DNA of 64,000 bases from Malacoraja senta. Its lineage: Eukaryota. Positions 24,871-38,878 of this stretch are shown in pieces (the first letter of the stretch is position 1; each line of letters starts with the position of its first letter). The notes under the pieces are model-generated. The model ran no database searches, was not told the DNA's origin, and saw only the letters and a list, made by a program, of their open reading frames with translations. The translations under genes and the position numbers were made by a program. The stretch covers positions 4,280,001 to 4,344,000 of the forward strand of contig CM075992.1 of the NCBI GenBank assembly GCA_038087875.1, in the 5' to 3' direction.

Positions 24871-27800
24871 GATTCCTTCGCTCCAGAAACGCTGCCTGTC
24901 CTGCTGAGTTGCTCCAGCATTTTGTGTCGATCTTAAATGTTTCTGCTTATCATCAAACTATCAATATGTTGACAGAACATTTGATTTATTTCCATCAAAG
25001 AAGATACAAACATTCAAAGTGAAAACTTCCTGCTCAGATTAGGTAAAAAGTATACATTCCTATACTAATATTGAGATGTTATCACTACTTTGTATCTTAG
25101 ACAAGTTGCTAAAGTGACTTTTATCAAATTCCACATGTTATTTCATACAAATGTTACGACTTCGCTGGTTTAAAACAAAGAAGTTTACTATAGTTTATGA
25201 TGACCATTTTAAAATAACCAACACTTCTGAAAATAGATGGGTGACGTTACAGGTTAGGACCTTACTTCACACTGAAGATTTTAATCTCCACTGATTCAAG
25301 CAGAACTTAAAGCTCCAATTAGTCAGGACACTTTGAATGTAAGAGCACAGTATTGAATGTGTAGGAAGGAACTGCAGATGCTGGTTTACACTGAAGATAG
25401 ATGCAAAATGCTAGCGGGACAGGCAGCACCTCTGGATAGAAGGAATGGATGGCGTTTTGGTTCAAGACACTTTTTCAGAAGAAAGGTCTCGACTGGAAAC
25501 GCTGCCCATTCCTATCCAGAGAGGCTGCCTGTCCCGCTGAGTTACTCCAGCATTTCTGCATCTCGCACAATCCTGAATGTGTGCAACATCTGCCAAATGT
25601 GTACAGGATCCATCCTATTTTTCCAGAGATGCTGCCTGACCCGATAAGTTACTCCAGCACTCTGTGTCCCACTTTGTATAAACCGGCATCTGCAGTTCAT
25701 TGTTTAGAAGGCAGTCTCCTGCCTGCCTGTGATTGTTTGGATGTTAGGAAGCACCAGTTGTGTGTTGTGGGGGAGGGAGGGAGGGAGGGAGCTGCGGAAG
25801 AGAACAGTCACAGGAAGAACATTCTTTGTAGAGGGCTCATCTGCTCAGGAGGACACGGTGGCTCATCTCCTTTCAGGAACTGGCCTGACCGGCCAAATAA
25901 ACAGGATGGAGGGTCCTGTGTTCCCGGGGATAGGGAATCCCTTTGGTTCACGCTGTCTTTATCACCAAGCCGAGACTGAACGCACTTCCTGATGCATGCC
26001 ATGTGTTTTCAACAAATTTTCCCAAATCTTACTTGATGCTGCCTCATATGACTTTGATTAGGCCAATTTAGAGTAATAATGACGTGCAGGAAGGAACTGC
26101 AGATGTTTTAAAACAAAGAAAGACACAAAATGCTGGAGTAACTCAGCGGGACAGGCAGCATCTCTGGAGAGTAATGGGTGATGTTTCCAGTCGAGACCCT
26201 TCGGAAGAAGGATCTCGACCCGAAACATCACCCTTTCAGAAGAAGGGTCTCGACCACGAAACTTCACCCATTCCTTCTCTCCAGAGATGCCGCCTGTCCC
26301 GCTGAGTTACTCCAGCATTCTGTGTCTATCTTTAGAGTAAAGATGACCATCGTTATAATGCACCATGATGGTGGGGAGTGGAGGGAACGGTGTCCGTTAT
26401 TACCGATTGTCCGCTATAACAGTCTGCTTTTCTGTATGGGGTTTCCTCCCGCACTGCAAATATGTACAGGTTTGTAGGTTAATTGGCTTGGTAGAAATAT
26501 TTGCATAAATTGTCCCTAGTGTGTGTAGGATAGTGTTAGTGTGGATCGCTGGTCGGTGCGGACTCGGTGGGCCGAATGCCCTGTTTCCGCTCTGTATCTA
26601 TAAACTAAAACCGAGTAAGGGATTCGTTCAAACCACCTAGCGATCACTCTGTGAAACAAAACTTGTTGTTTTCAATGTTGAAGAAGGAACTGCAGATGCT
26701 GGAAAATCGAAGGTGGACAAAAGTGCTGGAGAAACTCAGCGGGTGCGGCAGCAACTATGGAGCGAAGGAAAAAGGCAACGTTTCGGCCGAAACCTTGCCT
26801 ATTTCCTTCGCTCCATAGATGCTGCCGCACCCGCTGAGTTTCTCCAGCACTTTTGTCTACCTTAGTTGCTTTCAATGACTTTTAACAGCTAAAAATGTTT
26901 TTTTTTGTTGTTACTGCAAGCTAAACCTGCTAAAGGTTGTTTGTTACATAGTTTGATAGAGTATCATTGCACATGTGTAGACTGAAACAATTGCTTGTCA
27001 ATTTCCAGCACTCCCACAGTGTAACCAGCAGCCTGTGGTCTTAAAGAGACTGGTGTCTTATTACTGTGGGGAAACTCTTTCCACTATAACCAAAATCCGT
27101 CATAAAGAGGTCCGTAATAACAAGTGCAGACTGCATTGTGTACAGTTCTGGTCGGCCCTTTAAAGGAAGGATATGGAGGACGAGTTGCACCCTGGCCGCT
27201 CCCTCTTCTCCCCTCTCCCATCAGGCAGAAGGCATAGAAGTGTGAAAACGCACACCTCCAGATTCAGGGACAGTTTTGTTCTCAGGGCAGCTATTATCAG
27301 GCAACAAAACCATCCTACCACAACTGGAGAGCAGTCCTGAACTACTATCTACCTCATTGGTGACCCTCGGACTATCTTTGATTGGACTTTATTGGCTTCA
27401 CCTTGTCATGCAGCTCAGAAACGGGTCTTTGGCCCAACTCGTCCACGCCAGCCAAAATAGCCCATCTAAGCTAGCTCCATTTGCCTATGTGTGGCTCACA
27501 TCCCCTCAAACCTTCCCTATACATGTACCTGTCAAAGTGTTATTTAAATACTGTCATAGTACCTGCCTCAACTACCTCCTCTGGCAGCTCATTCCATATA
27601 TCATCCGCTGAGTGAAAAAGTTGCACCACAGGTTCCTATTAATGTTTTCCCTTCTCTCACCTTAAACCTATGTTCTGTGGTTCTTGATTTCTCCACCCTG
27701 GGCAAAATACTCTGTGCACTCACTTTATCTATTCCCCTCATGATTTTATACAGTTCCATGAGACATCCCTCATCCTCCTTGACACCAAGAAATAAAATCC

Positions 27801-27993
27801 TAGCCTGCCCGAACTCTCCCTATAACTCAGGCCCTCGAGTCCTGGGAACATCCTCGTAAATTTCTGAACTCTTTCCAGTTTAATGACATATTTCCAGCTT
27901 AGGACCTGCGATTGTTCTCTTGTACATCGGAGGGCGTATTAACATTAAACTACTTTGCTCAGCTGAAAGTATTTTAAACTCTAGGCTGACTTG

Positions 27994-28193
27994 NNNNNNN
28001 NNNNNNNNNNNNNNNNNNNNNNNNNNNNNNNNNNNNNNNNNNNNNNNNNNNNNNNNNNNNNNNNNNNNNNNNNNNNNNNNNNNNNNNNNNNNNNNNNNNN
28101 NNNNNNNNNNNNNNNNNNNNNNNNNNNNNNNNNNNNNNNNNNNNNNNNNNNNNNNNNNNNNNNNNNNNNNNNNNNNNNNNNNNNNNNNNNNNN
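27994..28193. other. Assembly gap (200 N)
   Basis: Run of N. Confidence 1.
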
Positions 28194-28503
28194 AGAGGGC
28201 TCTGCCCGAGCCGGCTGCCTGCCCCTTTTCCGGGGTTACGTCCACGCCCGGGTGGTGTTAGAGAGGGACTACGCCCTGTCCACGGGCTCCCTGGGGGATT
28301 TCCGGGACCGCTGGGCACTGCAGGGGGTGGAATGTATCCTCAATAAGGATTGTATTACAATTATCTGAAAATTTAGTGTCTTAGATAATTAGGTGATTTT
28401 TGTTCTTTGGTGATGGGTGTGTAACCATGGTTTGGTTTAGTGTTATTTTGTACGTCATTGAATAAAATATTTTTGTTCTAACTGGACACGTTTTGTTTCG
28501 CAG

Positions 28504-29147
28504 CGGTGAGGGCAGATCGCATGCGGGGAGGCCGCAACAAGTTTGGGCCCTTGTACAAGCAGGACAGGGCATTGAAGCAACAGAAGAAGGCTCTGGTCCA
28601 TGGCAGCAGGGTCAAATTGGATCCCACGGCATATGTGATGCAAAGCTTGTCGGCGGACCTGAATGGGCCCATCTCCGGTGAAGGTCTACACTCAGCCTCC
28701 AGATGCCTATCCTTGAGTTACAACAGCCTGTCGTCGCCGACGGGAGACCAGGACGCCTCTCTGCCGGTCAACATGTCCATTGGGGCTCACGGCTCCATAG
28801 CAGGGTACCAAGTGTGCAGCCCCTTCCCCAGTTGCCACGTCAAGTCGGAGTACATGGAAGCCGGCTGCTCCGGCACGCAGGAGTCGCTGCTGGGAAACCC
28901 GTACGTTGTGGCCTACAGGTCTGCCTCCAGCGCCGCCGTGCCGCAGTTGATGCAGGAGCTGGTGAAGTGTGAGCCGGACGAGGCGCAGGTCCGGGCCAAG
29001 ATCTTGAACTACCTGCAGCAAGAGCAGATGTCCAGAGGGAAGCACGAGAGGCTCAACACTTTTGGGATCATGTGCAAGATGGCCGACCAAACCTTGTTCT
29101 CCTTGGTGGAGTGGGCCAGAAGCAGCATCTACTTCAAGGAGCTGAAG
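28504..29147 (+). CDS. NR5A FTZ-F1/hinge/LBD exon, copy 2 (within the probable false duplication)
   Basis: Same translation as 20615-21258 at offset 7889. Confidence 0.85.
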
Positions 29148-32100
29148 GTAACGCACGGACAAAACAACTCTGTCGTGTTAACCATGTTACTCATTCACAA
29201 AATGTACATAACACTGACAAGAAACACTAACAAGAAACACTAACAACATGCTGAGAGAATGGAGCGGCTGGGCTTGTACACTCTGGAGTTTAGAAGGATG
29301 AGAGGATATCTCATTGAAACATATAAGATTGTTAAGGGTTTGGACACGCTAGAGGCAGGAAGCATGTTCCCGATGTTGGGGGAATCCAGAACCAGGGGCC
29401 ACAATTTAAGAATAAGGAGTAAGCCATTTAGGAGACGAGGAAACACTTTTTCTCACAGAGATTTGTGAGTCTGTGGAATTCTCTGCCTCAGAGGGCGGCG
29501 GAGGCCGGTTCTCTGGATACTTTCAAGATAGGGCTCTTAAAAATAGCGGAGTCAGGGGAAATGGGGAGAAGGCAGGAACGGGGTAGTGATTGGGGATGAT
29601 CAGCCATGATCACATTGAATGGCGGTGCTGGCTCGAAGGGCCGAATGGCCTACTCCTGCATCTATTGTCTATTGTCTATTGAAAGACTCACAAATAACTG
29701 TCCTGCACAAGTACAAATGGTATATCTGCCCTTATGGTACTATTTTAGCAAAAGACAGCAAAGCTTCTCACTCTGTCCAGGGATCCCAACAGTCCTTTCA
29801 GGTTAGGTAGAGGTTCACTTGCACCTCCTCTAACCTCATCTACTGTATCCGTTGTGGACTTTTATACATTGGCGAGACCAAACGTAGACTGGCCGATCAT
29901 TTGGCGGAACACCTTCGCTCAGTCCTGGACCTACCTGATGTCCAGGTTGCCAAACACTTTAATTCCCCTTCCCATTCGCACACTGACATTTCTGTCCTCG
30001 GCCTCCTCCATTTCAAGTAACCCCTGCATTCCGTCTCTCTCCATCCCTCTCCCATCCAAATCGCACCAGATTCTCGTTCTCACCTTGCAAACAGCTAACA
30101 ATGGCCAGTTTCCTTTATCATCGTTACATTTCACATATCTTATATTCATTTGTTCTACAGTATATCTCTCTACATCCTCATTTATATCTCTCGTTTCCTT
30201 TTCCCCCGATTTTCAGTCTGAAGAAGGGTCTCGACCCGAAACGTCACCCATTCCTTCTCTCCAGAGATGCTGCCTGTCCCGCTGAGTTACTCAAGCATTT
30301 TGTGTCTATCTTCTAGAAATGATTAGCTGGCTAGAATTTTCTGCACAACACCGTGACTCATTCTTTGCACTTTAGAGATACAGTGTGGAAACAGGCCCTT
30401 CGGCCCACCCAGACAGCATTGACCAGCAACCACCCATACACTAGCACTATCCTACACACTAGGGGCAATTTATAATTTTTTACCAAATCCAATTAACCTA
30501 CAAACCTGTACAACTTTGGAGTGTGGGAGGAAACAGGAGCACCCCGGGAAAACCCACACAGTCACAGGGGGAACGTACAAACTCCATACAGACAGCATCC
30601 GTAGTGAGGATTGAACCGGGTCTCTGGCGCTGTAAGGCAGCAAGTCTACTGCCCCGCCACAGTGCTGCCCTGGGAGGAGACCAACAGCTTGCTCTCACCA
30701 TGACCTGATGGGGTGGAGTGGGACTTGAGGTGATGTGAAAGGTCCCAAAGAGTCTGATCCTGTGCTGTACTGTTCTATGTAGAAACAATGAACTGCGGAT
30801 GCTGTTTTTTTTTTTTTTTAAAGGCACAAGGTGCTGGAGTAACTCAGCGGGTCATGCAGCATCTCTGGAGAACATGGATAGGTGACATTTCAGGGCACAT
30901 TACCGCCCACACTTTGCCCTGCCTCTTTGCTCTTCTAGCTTTCTTCCTCCACCCCCACCTGCGATCAGTCAGAAGAAGAGTGCTGACCCACAATGTCACC
31001 CATCCATGTTCTCCAGAGATGCTGCCTGATCCGCTGAGTTAATCCTGCACTTTGTGCCCTTAAGTTGCAGATTGTGATCTTCCGTAGATTTGTTTGTGTC
31101 AGCAGGTTAATTTTTTGTCTTTGTGTCTTTCCTTTCTGATCCAGCATCTGCAGTTCTTTATGTTTCCGGCGCAATGAGTGATCAGTTTCTTTAAGCGTGA
31201 TGTTTGAGGGATACGTTTACTGCCTCTCAATCAAGAGGTGGTCTAGAATCATGTACGCCAGGTTAAGGAGAGAAAGACTGGGGTTTAAAATCACCTCTGA
31301 GAAATATCTGGAGCTTCGGCTGGATCGAGCAGCTACTGTACGTTGCTCGATGATATAATAGGCATTGTTTTAAGCCATGGGCACCAACAACACAGTGGTA
31401 CAGCAGCCAGCCCTGCAACCTCATAGCTCCAGTTTCAGTGCTGACTTTAGATGCTGTTGGTGTGGAGTTTGCAAGTCTCACTGTGACCAAGTGGGTTTCC
31501 CTGGAGTGTTTCCTCCCACATCGGTGGGATTGATATCGGTTTATTACTGCTGTGTGCACTGAGGTACAGTGAAGCGCTATGTCTGCATGCTCTGCATAAA
31601 TACATTCAAACTATACACAAATATAATGGGCGATGCAACGAGAAAAATTCCATAGTGCAGAATATGGTGTTATAGCTTAATGTTGTCACAGTTAAAGAGG
31701 AGCGAGTTTGAAGGGTAATTGGCCTCCATAAAATAGTAAGATTAAACGAGAACTTACCAGTTTGAAGTTTGATCTTTATTTTATGAGGAGTTACGTCGAG
31801 GGATTACGTGAAGACCCCACCAGCACGCATGCGTGACATTCTTCAAAGCAACGGTGTGGAATCACAGTAATAGTAATGAAATAAACATAGTAAGATAAGA
31901 AGAACTAGGATACCAGTTGATCTTTACAAGAGGGTGGGCGTGGAGGGCACGTAATCCCTCGACGTAACTCCTCATAAAATAAAGATCAAACTTCAAACTG
32001 GTAAGTTCTCGTTTAATCTTACTATTTTACTTCGGAGTCACGTGAGTGACTACGTGAAGATTTTAAAGATTTGTGATTTCATGCCATGGAAACGAGTCCA

Positions 32101-35100
32101 TGCTTCACACACTGCATCAGTTGACTACTGATGAGTGATCATTAATAATGCATTCAGACATGACTTAGATATAGACATGTTGATGCTTTTAATAAACAAA
32201 CAATGATAATAGTAACCTCACTCAACCGAGAGGGAACTATGAAACAGAACTAGCATAGAGTTGGCAACTACCCCCAATCTGGTAATGGGTTGTTATAAAT
32301 GATTGGAAAGATTGTTAGTTTGACCACCCTGCAGTCCCTAGGATGTGGTCCCCCTAACGTCCATACCCTGCTGCTGTGGTAGTTGCAGCCCTGGTGGAGT
32401 GAGACTTGAATATTAGTGTTCACTCCTGTATAAGCCAGCCCCTTTAAAACCACCTGGAGATGGTCTGTAGTGATCCCTGCTTACAAGGCTAATGTAACTA
32501 ACAATATTGCTAGTTCAGAGTCTTTAATGCTCTAGTGACCTACATTCTGGTGTAGATGTGTGACTACACACAACCAAAGGTCCATGAAATATATGAACAA
32601 TCTAGTTAGACCTGATGCCCCTAGTCTATTCTGCTTGACTAAGTCATAAACATAATGTTATTTAGCCCGCAGATATTATCATCGTGTCCAGTCACTGCTA
32701 ATGCCATGTCTGGAACCGTTGTGCTGAACTCAGTGCCATGGGCATAACCACTTGTAGGCGATTCCTTCGCTCCAGAAACGCTGCCTGTCCTGCTGAGTTG
32801 CTCCAGCATTTTGTGTCGATCTTAAATGTTTCTGCTTATCATCAAACTATCAATATGTTGACAGAACATTTGATTTATTTCCATCAAAGAAGATACAAAC
32901 ATTCAAAGTGAAAACTTCCTGCTCAGATTAGGTAAAAAGTATACATTCCTATACTAATATTGAGATGTTATCACTACTTTGTATCTTAGACAAGTTGCTA
33001 AAGTGACTTTTATCAAATTCCACATGTTATTTCATACAAATGTTACGACTTCGCTGGTTTAAAACAAAGAAGTTTACTATAGTTTATGATGACCATTTTA
33101 AAATAACCAACACTTCTGAAAATAGATGGGTGACGTTACAGGTTAGGACCTTACTTCACACTGAAGATTTTAATCTCCACTGATTCAAGCAGAACTTAAA
33201 GCTCCAATTAGTCAGGACACTTTGAATGTAAGAGCACAGTATTGAATGTGTAGGAAGGAACTGCAGATGCTGGTTTACACTGAAGATAGATGCAAAATGC
33301 TAGCGGGACAGGCAGCACCTCTGGATAGAAGGAATGGATGGCGTTTTGGTTCAAGACACTTTTTCAGAAGAAAGGTCTCGACTGGAAACGCTGCCCATTC
33401 CTATCCAGAGAGGCTGCCTGTCCCGCTGAGTTACTCCAGCATTTCTGCATCTCGCACAATCCTGAATGTGTGCAACATCTGCCAAATGTGTACAGGATCC
33501 ATCCTATTTTTCCAGAGATGCTGCCTGACCCGATAAGTTACTCCAGCACTCTGTGTCCCACTTTGTATAAACCGGCATCTGCAGTTCATTGTTTAGAAGG
33601 CAGTCTCCTGCCTGCCTGTGATTGTTTGGATGTTAGGAAGCACCAGTTGTGTGTTGTGGGGGAGGGAGGGAGGGAGGGAGCTGCGGAAGAGAACAGTCAC
33701 AGGAAGAACATTCTTTGTAGAGGGCTCATCTGCTCAGGAGGACACGGTGGCTCATCTCCTTTCAGGAACTGGCCTGACCGGCCAAATAAACAGGATGGAG
33801 GGTCCTGTGTTCCCGGGGATAGGGAATCCCTTTGGTTCACGCTGTCTTTATCACCAAGCCGAGACTGAACGCACTTCCTGATGCATGCCATGTGTTTTCA
33901 ACAAATTTTCCCAAATCTTACTTGATGCTGCCTCATATGACTTTGATTAGGCCAATTTAGAGTAATAATGACGTGCAGGAAGGAACTGCAGATGTTTTAA
34001 AACAAAGAAAGACACAAAATGCTGGAGTAACTCAGCGGGACAGGCAGCATCTCTGGAGAGTAATGGGTGATGTTTCCAGTCGAGACCCTTCGGAAGAAGG
34101 ATCTCGACCCGAAACATCACCCTTTCAGAAGAAGGGTCTCGACCACGAAACTTCACCCATTCCTTCTCTCCAGAGATGCCGCCTGTCCCGCTGAGTTACT
34201 CCAGCATTCTGTGTCTATCTTTAGAGTAAAGATGACCATCGTTATAATGCACCATGATGGTGGGGAGTGGAGGGAACGGTGTCCGTTATTACCGATTGTC
34301 CGCTATAACAGTCTGCTTTTCTGTATGGGGTTTCCTCCCGCACTGCAAATATGTACAGGTTTGTAGGTTAATTGGCTTGGTAGAAATATTTGCATAAATT
34401 GTCCCTAGTGTGTGTAGGATAGTGTTAGTGTGGATCGCTGGTCGGTGCGGACTCGGTGGGCCGAATGCCCTGTTTCCGCTCTGTATCTATAAACTAAAAC
34501 CGAGTAAGGGATTCGTTCAAACCACCTAGCGATCACTCTGTGAAACAAAACTTGTTGTTTTCAATGTTGAAGAAGGAACTGCAGATGCTGGAAAATCGAA
34601 GGTGGACAAAAGTGCTGGAGAAACTCAGCGGGTGCGGCAGCATCTATGGAGCGAAGGAAAAAGGCAACGTTTCGGCCGAAACCTTGCCTATTTCCTTCGC
34701 TCCATAGATGCTGCCGCACCCGCTGAGTTTCTCCAGCACTTTTGTCTACCTTAGTTGCTTTCAATGACTTTTAACAGCTAAAAATGTTTTTTTTGTTGTT
34801 ACTGCAAGCTAAACCTGCTAAAGGTTGTTTGTTACATAGTTTGATAGAGTATCATTGCACATGTGTAGACTGAAACAATTGCTTGTCAATTTCCAGCACT
34901 CCCACAGTGTAACCAGCAGCCTGTGGTCTTAAAGAGACTGGTGTCTTATTACTGTGGGGAAACTCTTTCCACTATAACCAAAATCCGTCATAAAGAGGTC
35001 CGTAATAACAAGTGCAGACTGCATTGTGTACAGTTCTGGTCGGCCCTTTAAAGGAAGGATATGGAGGACGAGTTGCACCCTGGCCGCTCCCTCTTCTCCC

Positions 35101-36703
35101 CTCTCCCATCAGGCAGAAGGCATAGAAGTGTGAAAACGCACACCTCCAGATTCAGGGACAGTTTTGTTCTCAGGGCAGCTATTATCAGGCAACAAAACCA
35201 TCCTACCACAACTGGAGAGCAGTCCTGAACTACTATCTACCTCATTGGTGACCCTCGGACTATCTTTGATTGGACTTTATTGGCTTCACCTTGTCATGCA
35301 GCTCAGAAACGGGTCTTTGGCCCAACTCGTCCACGCCAGCCAAAATAGCCCATCTAAGCTAGCTCCATTTGCCTATGTGTGGCTCACATCCCCTCAAACC
35401 TTCCCTATACATGTACCTGTCAAAGTGTTATTTAAATACTGTCATAGTACCTGCCTCAACTACCTCCTCTGGCAGCTCATTCCATATATCATCCGCTGAG
35501 TGAAAAAGTTGCACCACAGGTTCCTATTAATGTTTTCCCTTCTCTCACCTTAAACCTATGTTCTGTGGTTCTTGATTTCTCCACCCTGGGCAAAATACTC
35601 TGTGCACTCACTTTATCTATTCCCCTCATGATTTTATACAGTTCCATGAGACATCCCTCATCCTCCTTGACACCAAGAAATAAAATCCTAGCCTGCCCGA
35701 ACTCTCCCTATAACTCAGGCCCTCGAGTCCTGGGAACATCCTCGTAAATTTCTGAACTCTTTCCAGTTTAATGACATATTTCCAGCTTAGGACCTGCGAT
35801 TGTTCTCTTGTACATCGGAGGGCGTATTAACATTAAACTACTTTGCTCAGCTGAAAGTATTTTAAACTCTAGGCTGACTTGGTGTGAAGACTTTAAGCCG
35901 AATATCTGTTGCCTTTAGCAGTGGAATGGGACAAAATGCTGAAGTGATTTATCAGCAAGATTTTTTTACGCGTGCATTCTCGGCAAAGGATCTGTTGATT
36001 TCCTGAAACCACGTTTGTCAAGCTTAGAATATCAAGCGCTTGTTTACTGGCACAGCTGTAATGATGCATTGCAACAGGCTTGCTCCCCTTTATGGGATGC
36101 ATGTGCTCGAGAGATTGTGTGAAACAGGATGATGGGAGCACATCGCACTGTGAACAGAAAAATGACAGGAAAGTGCCCACGTTTTTCTGACGAGATGTTT
36201 GTGTGTGATGATTGCTGGACTTCCTCACTAATCCACGGAGACGCATACAGGAAAAGCCCTTGCAATATATCATTCAGCATCCCATCCTGCTTCCTCTCCT
36301 CCCCCATCGTTCAGCCTGACCCCATAGTGCAGAGTAAGATTTTACGCTGTCATTGCTCTCCTCACCTGTGGGTCACCAGTCACCTCATCTTTGTAGTAGG
36401 TGGGGGATCTGTGCAACTCATTGTCAGTGGAGGCCAAGTCCAGTTTAAGTTTAGTTTAGAGATACAGTGCAGAAACAGGCCCATCGGCCCACTGACCAGC
36501 GATCCCCACACACTAACACTATCCTACACACACTGGGGACAATTTACACTTATACCAAGCCAATTAACCTACAAACCTCTGCGTCCTTGGAGCGTGGGAG
36601 GAAAACCTAAGATCTCGGAGAAACCCCATGCAGGTCACAGGGAGAATATACAAACTTCATACAGACAGCACCCGTGGTCAGGATCTAACACGGGTCTCTG
36701 TAA

Positions 36704-36895
36704 AGGGCGTCATTTGCGCGTCATTTACGCGCCATCCTAAAAATTGGTTGGCGCGTCGTGATGCGTGCATGGTGAGACGTGGTGGCGTATGCAGTGACGC
36801 GCGGTAGCGCACGGCTCACCAGGATTTTGGAATGCTCAAAATCCTCGCACGCCACCTGCTTGACGCGCAAATGACGCCCAAGTGGGACAGGCCCT
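36704..36895. mobile_element. PIF/Harbinger-like MITE with TAA TSD inside a V-SINE
   Basis: TAA at 36701-36703 and 36896-36898. Right TIR AAGTGGGACAGGCCCT. Confidence 0.8.
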
Positions 36896-37464
36896 TAAGG
36901 CAGCAACTCTACCGCTACGTCACCGTGCCGCCATTGGGCATTGTTTAAGCGGAGATTCAAAGGTTCTTGATTAGGAAGGGCATTAAAGGTTACTGGGAGA
37001 AGGCAGAATAATGGGATTGAGAGGGGAAGATAGATCAATATTGAAAGGCGGAGTAGAGTATGGGTTGAATGGTCTACCTCTGCACCTTTGATTTTTGGTC
37101 TTTGTCTGTTCATTTGATGCCACTTCTTTGAACTGGCACAGAGTGGTGCAGTGGTAGAGTTACTGCCTTCCAGCGCCAGAGACACGTGTTCAATCCTGAC
37201 TACAAGCGCTGTCTGTACGGAGTTTGTACATTCTCCCTGTGCCACATTGATTTTCTCCGGGTGCTCCGGTTTCCTCCCACACTCCAAAGACGTGCAGGTT
37301 TCTAGTTTGATTGGCTTTGGTTAAGTTATAAATGTGTAGGATAGTGCTAGTGCAAACAGGGTGATCGCTGATCGGCACGGGCTCAGTGGGCCGAAGGGCC
37401 TGTTTCCGTGCTGTAACCAAACTACGCTAAACACTGAGAAGCTGCCTTGCACAGGACTCGGTAT

Positions 37465-38340
37465 AATAATAATAATTAATAATCATTTTATTTGCTGGCG
37501 CCTTTCTAAAACCCAAGGACACCTTACAAGGCATTGAATCACAAAAATACAAAACACATAATTGGAATAAATTAAATATAAAAACACCACAGTACACAAA
37601 TCAAGGACAGAATTCAATTTCAAAAGCACAAAAAGAAAATAAGAAACACAATTTGAGGAGAGAGCAGCGGCGACCAATTCGCGCCAGCGTCCACTCTCCC
37701 CTCCGACCGCCATCTTGTACACAGACTAACAGGCACAGCACACAACAATCATCCCCCCACAATGACCACCACTGTGGGGGAAGGCACAATGTCCAGTCCC
37801 CAACCCAGTTCTCCCCAGAGTCAGGCCCAATGAGGCCTCCACAGTTGCCTCTACGGAGGCCCGATGTTCCTGGCCGTCGGGAGAGTCCTCGCAGCGGCTG
37901 GAACGGCCGGTTTCCCAGCGGAGTCGATGGCACCTGAAGCCGACAGGGCCGCGCCGATTTGGAGCCACGAGGCTCCCGATGTTGGAGTCGGCGCCGCCGC
38001 CCGCGGCTGGTCGCTCCGCAGTCCCGCAGCCCGGAGGTGTTGATCTCGGCGGTCACCGCATACCGGAGCTCCAGTGCGTCGATCCAGCGCGGCGACCCAG
38101 GCAAGGCATCGCCCGCTATGCTCCCCGATAGCGCTCCAGCGCTGTGCTGCCACCGAAGCTGAAGGTGCTGGGCGGTCCCCATCAGGAAACGGCGCTCCAT
38201 GCCCGCTGGTAGGCCACGAGGACGGGCCGACGAGGCAGCCTGGAGAAAAAGCTGCCTCACCGACCAGGTAGGGACCCAGAAATAGTTTCCCCCTTACCCC
38301 CCCACATTAAAAGTCAAAATCCCCCAAACAAACAAAGAAA
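37465..38340 (-). mobile_element. GC/CpG-rich interspersed repeat, same family as 5545-6490
   Basis: Shared ~110-bp segment and an (ATT)n tail at 37465-37483. Confidence 0.6.
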
Positions 38341-38878
38341 TAAAAAAAGCTAAAACTAAAGAAAAAGTGAATTTGACGTTCCTCCAAGATGGCGGCTCCT
38401 CTATGACTCTGCACTCAACATACAGATGGAGAATAAAAACAAGCTGCTGGAGGAAGCTAGCAGGTGAGGCAGCATTGTCCGTGCCGACCTAGATGTTGCA
38501 ACTTTGCTAATCCCACCTGCCCGCATTTGTCCCATACCCCTCCAAACCTATGCTATGCATGTACCTGTCCAAATGTATTTTAAATTTTGTTATCGTACCT
38601 GCCTCAACTAGCTTAGTTTAGTTTAGTTTAGTTTAGTGTAGTTCAGTTTAGTTTAGTATATTGTCATGTGTACCGAAGTACAGTGAAAAGCTTGGTGCAT
38701 GCTAACCTCCTCTGGCAGCTCGTTCCATCTACCCACTACCCTATATACAGGTCAGAGTGGAAGATTCAAGTTCCAGATGTGCACTGCGGGAGGCAATAGA
38801 AAATTGAAGTCAGAAATCTCCACCTTGATCCTCCATGTAATTACAGCAGAGATGTTCTTTGCCCTGTGTTTGTGACAG

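Larger units (their letters stand above)
20305..35881. repeat. ~7.7-kb tandem near-identical duplication (20305-27993 and 28194-35881) around an assembly gap
   Basis: Offset 7889/7888. Only a handful of SNVs and a 1-bp poly-T indel seen. Breakpoints coincide with the gap edges. Confidence 0.95.

Noticed and set aside
28504..29147. A second NR5A gene or mutually exclusive exon pair
   Set aside because: The copy has an identical translation, sits in a gap-flanking duplication and has no duplicated partner exons. An assembly artefact is the simpler explanation.
37601..38260. 219-aa ORF and the similar GC-rich ORFs at 5720-6211 and 50672-51193
   Set aside because: They lie in GC-rich repeats with overlapping ORFs in several frames and no recognisable domain.
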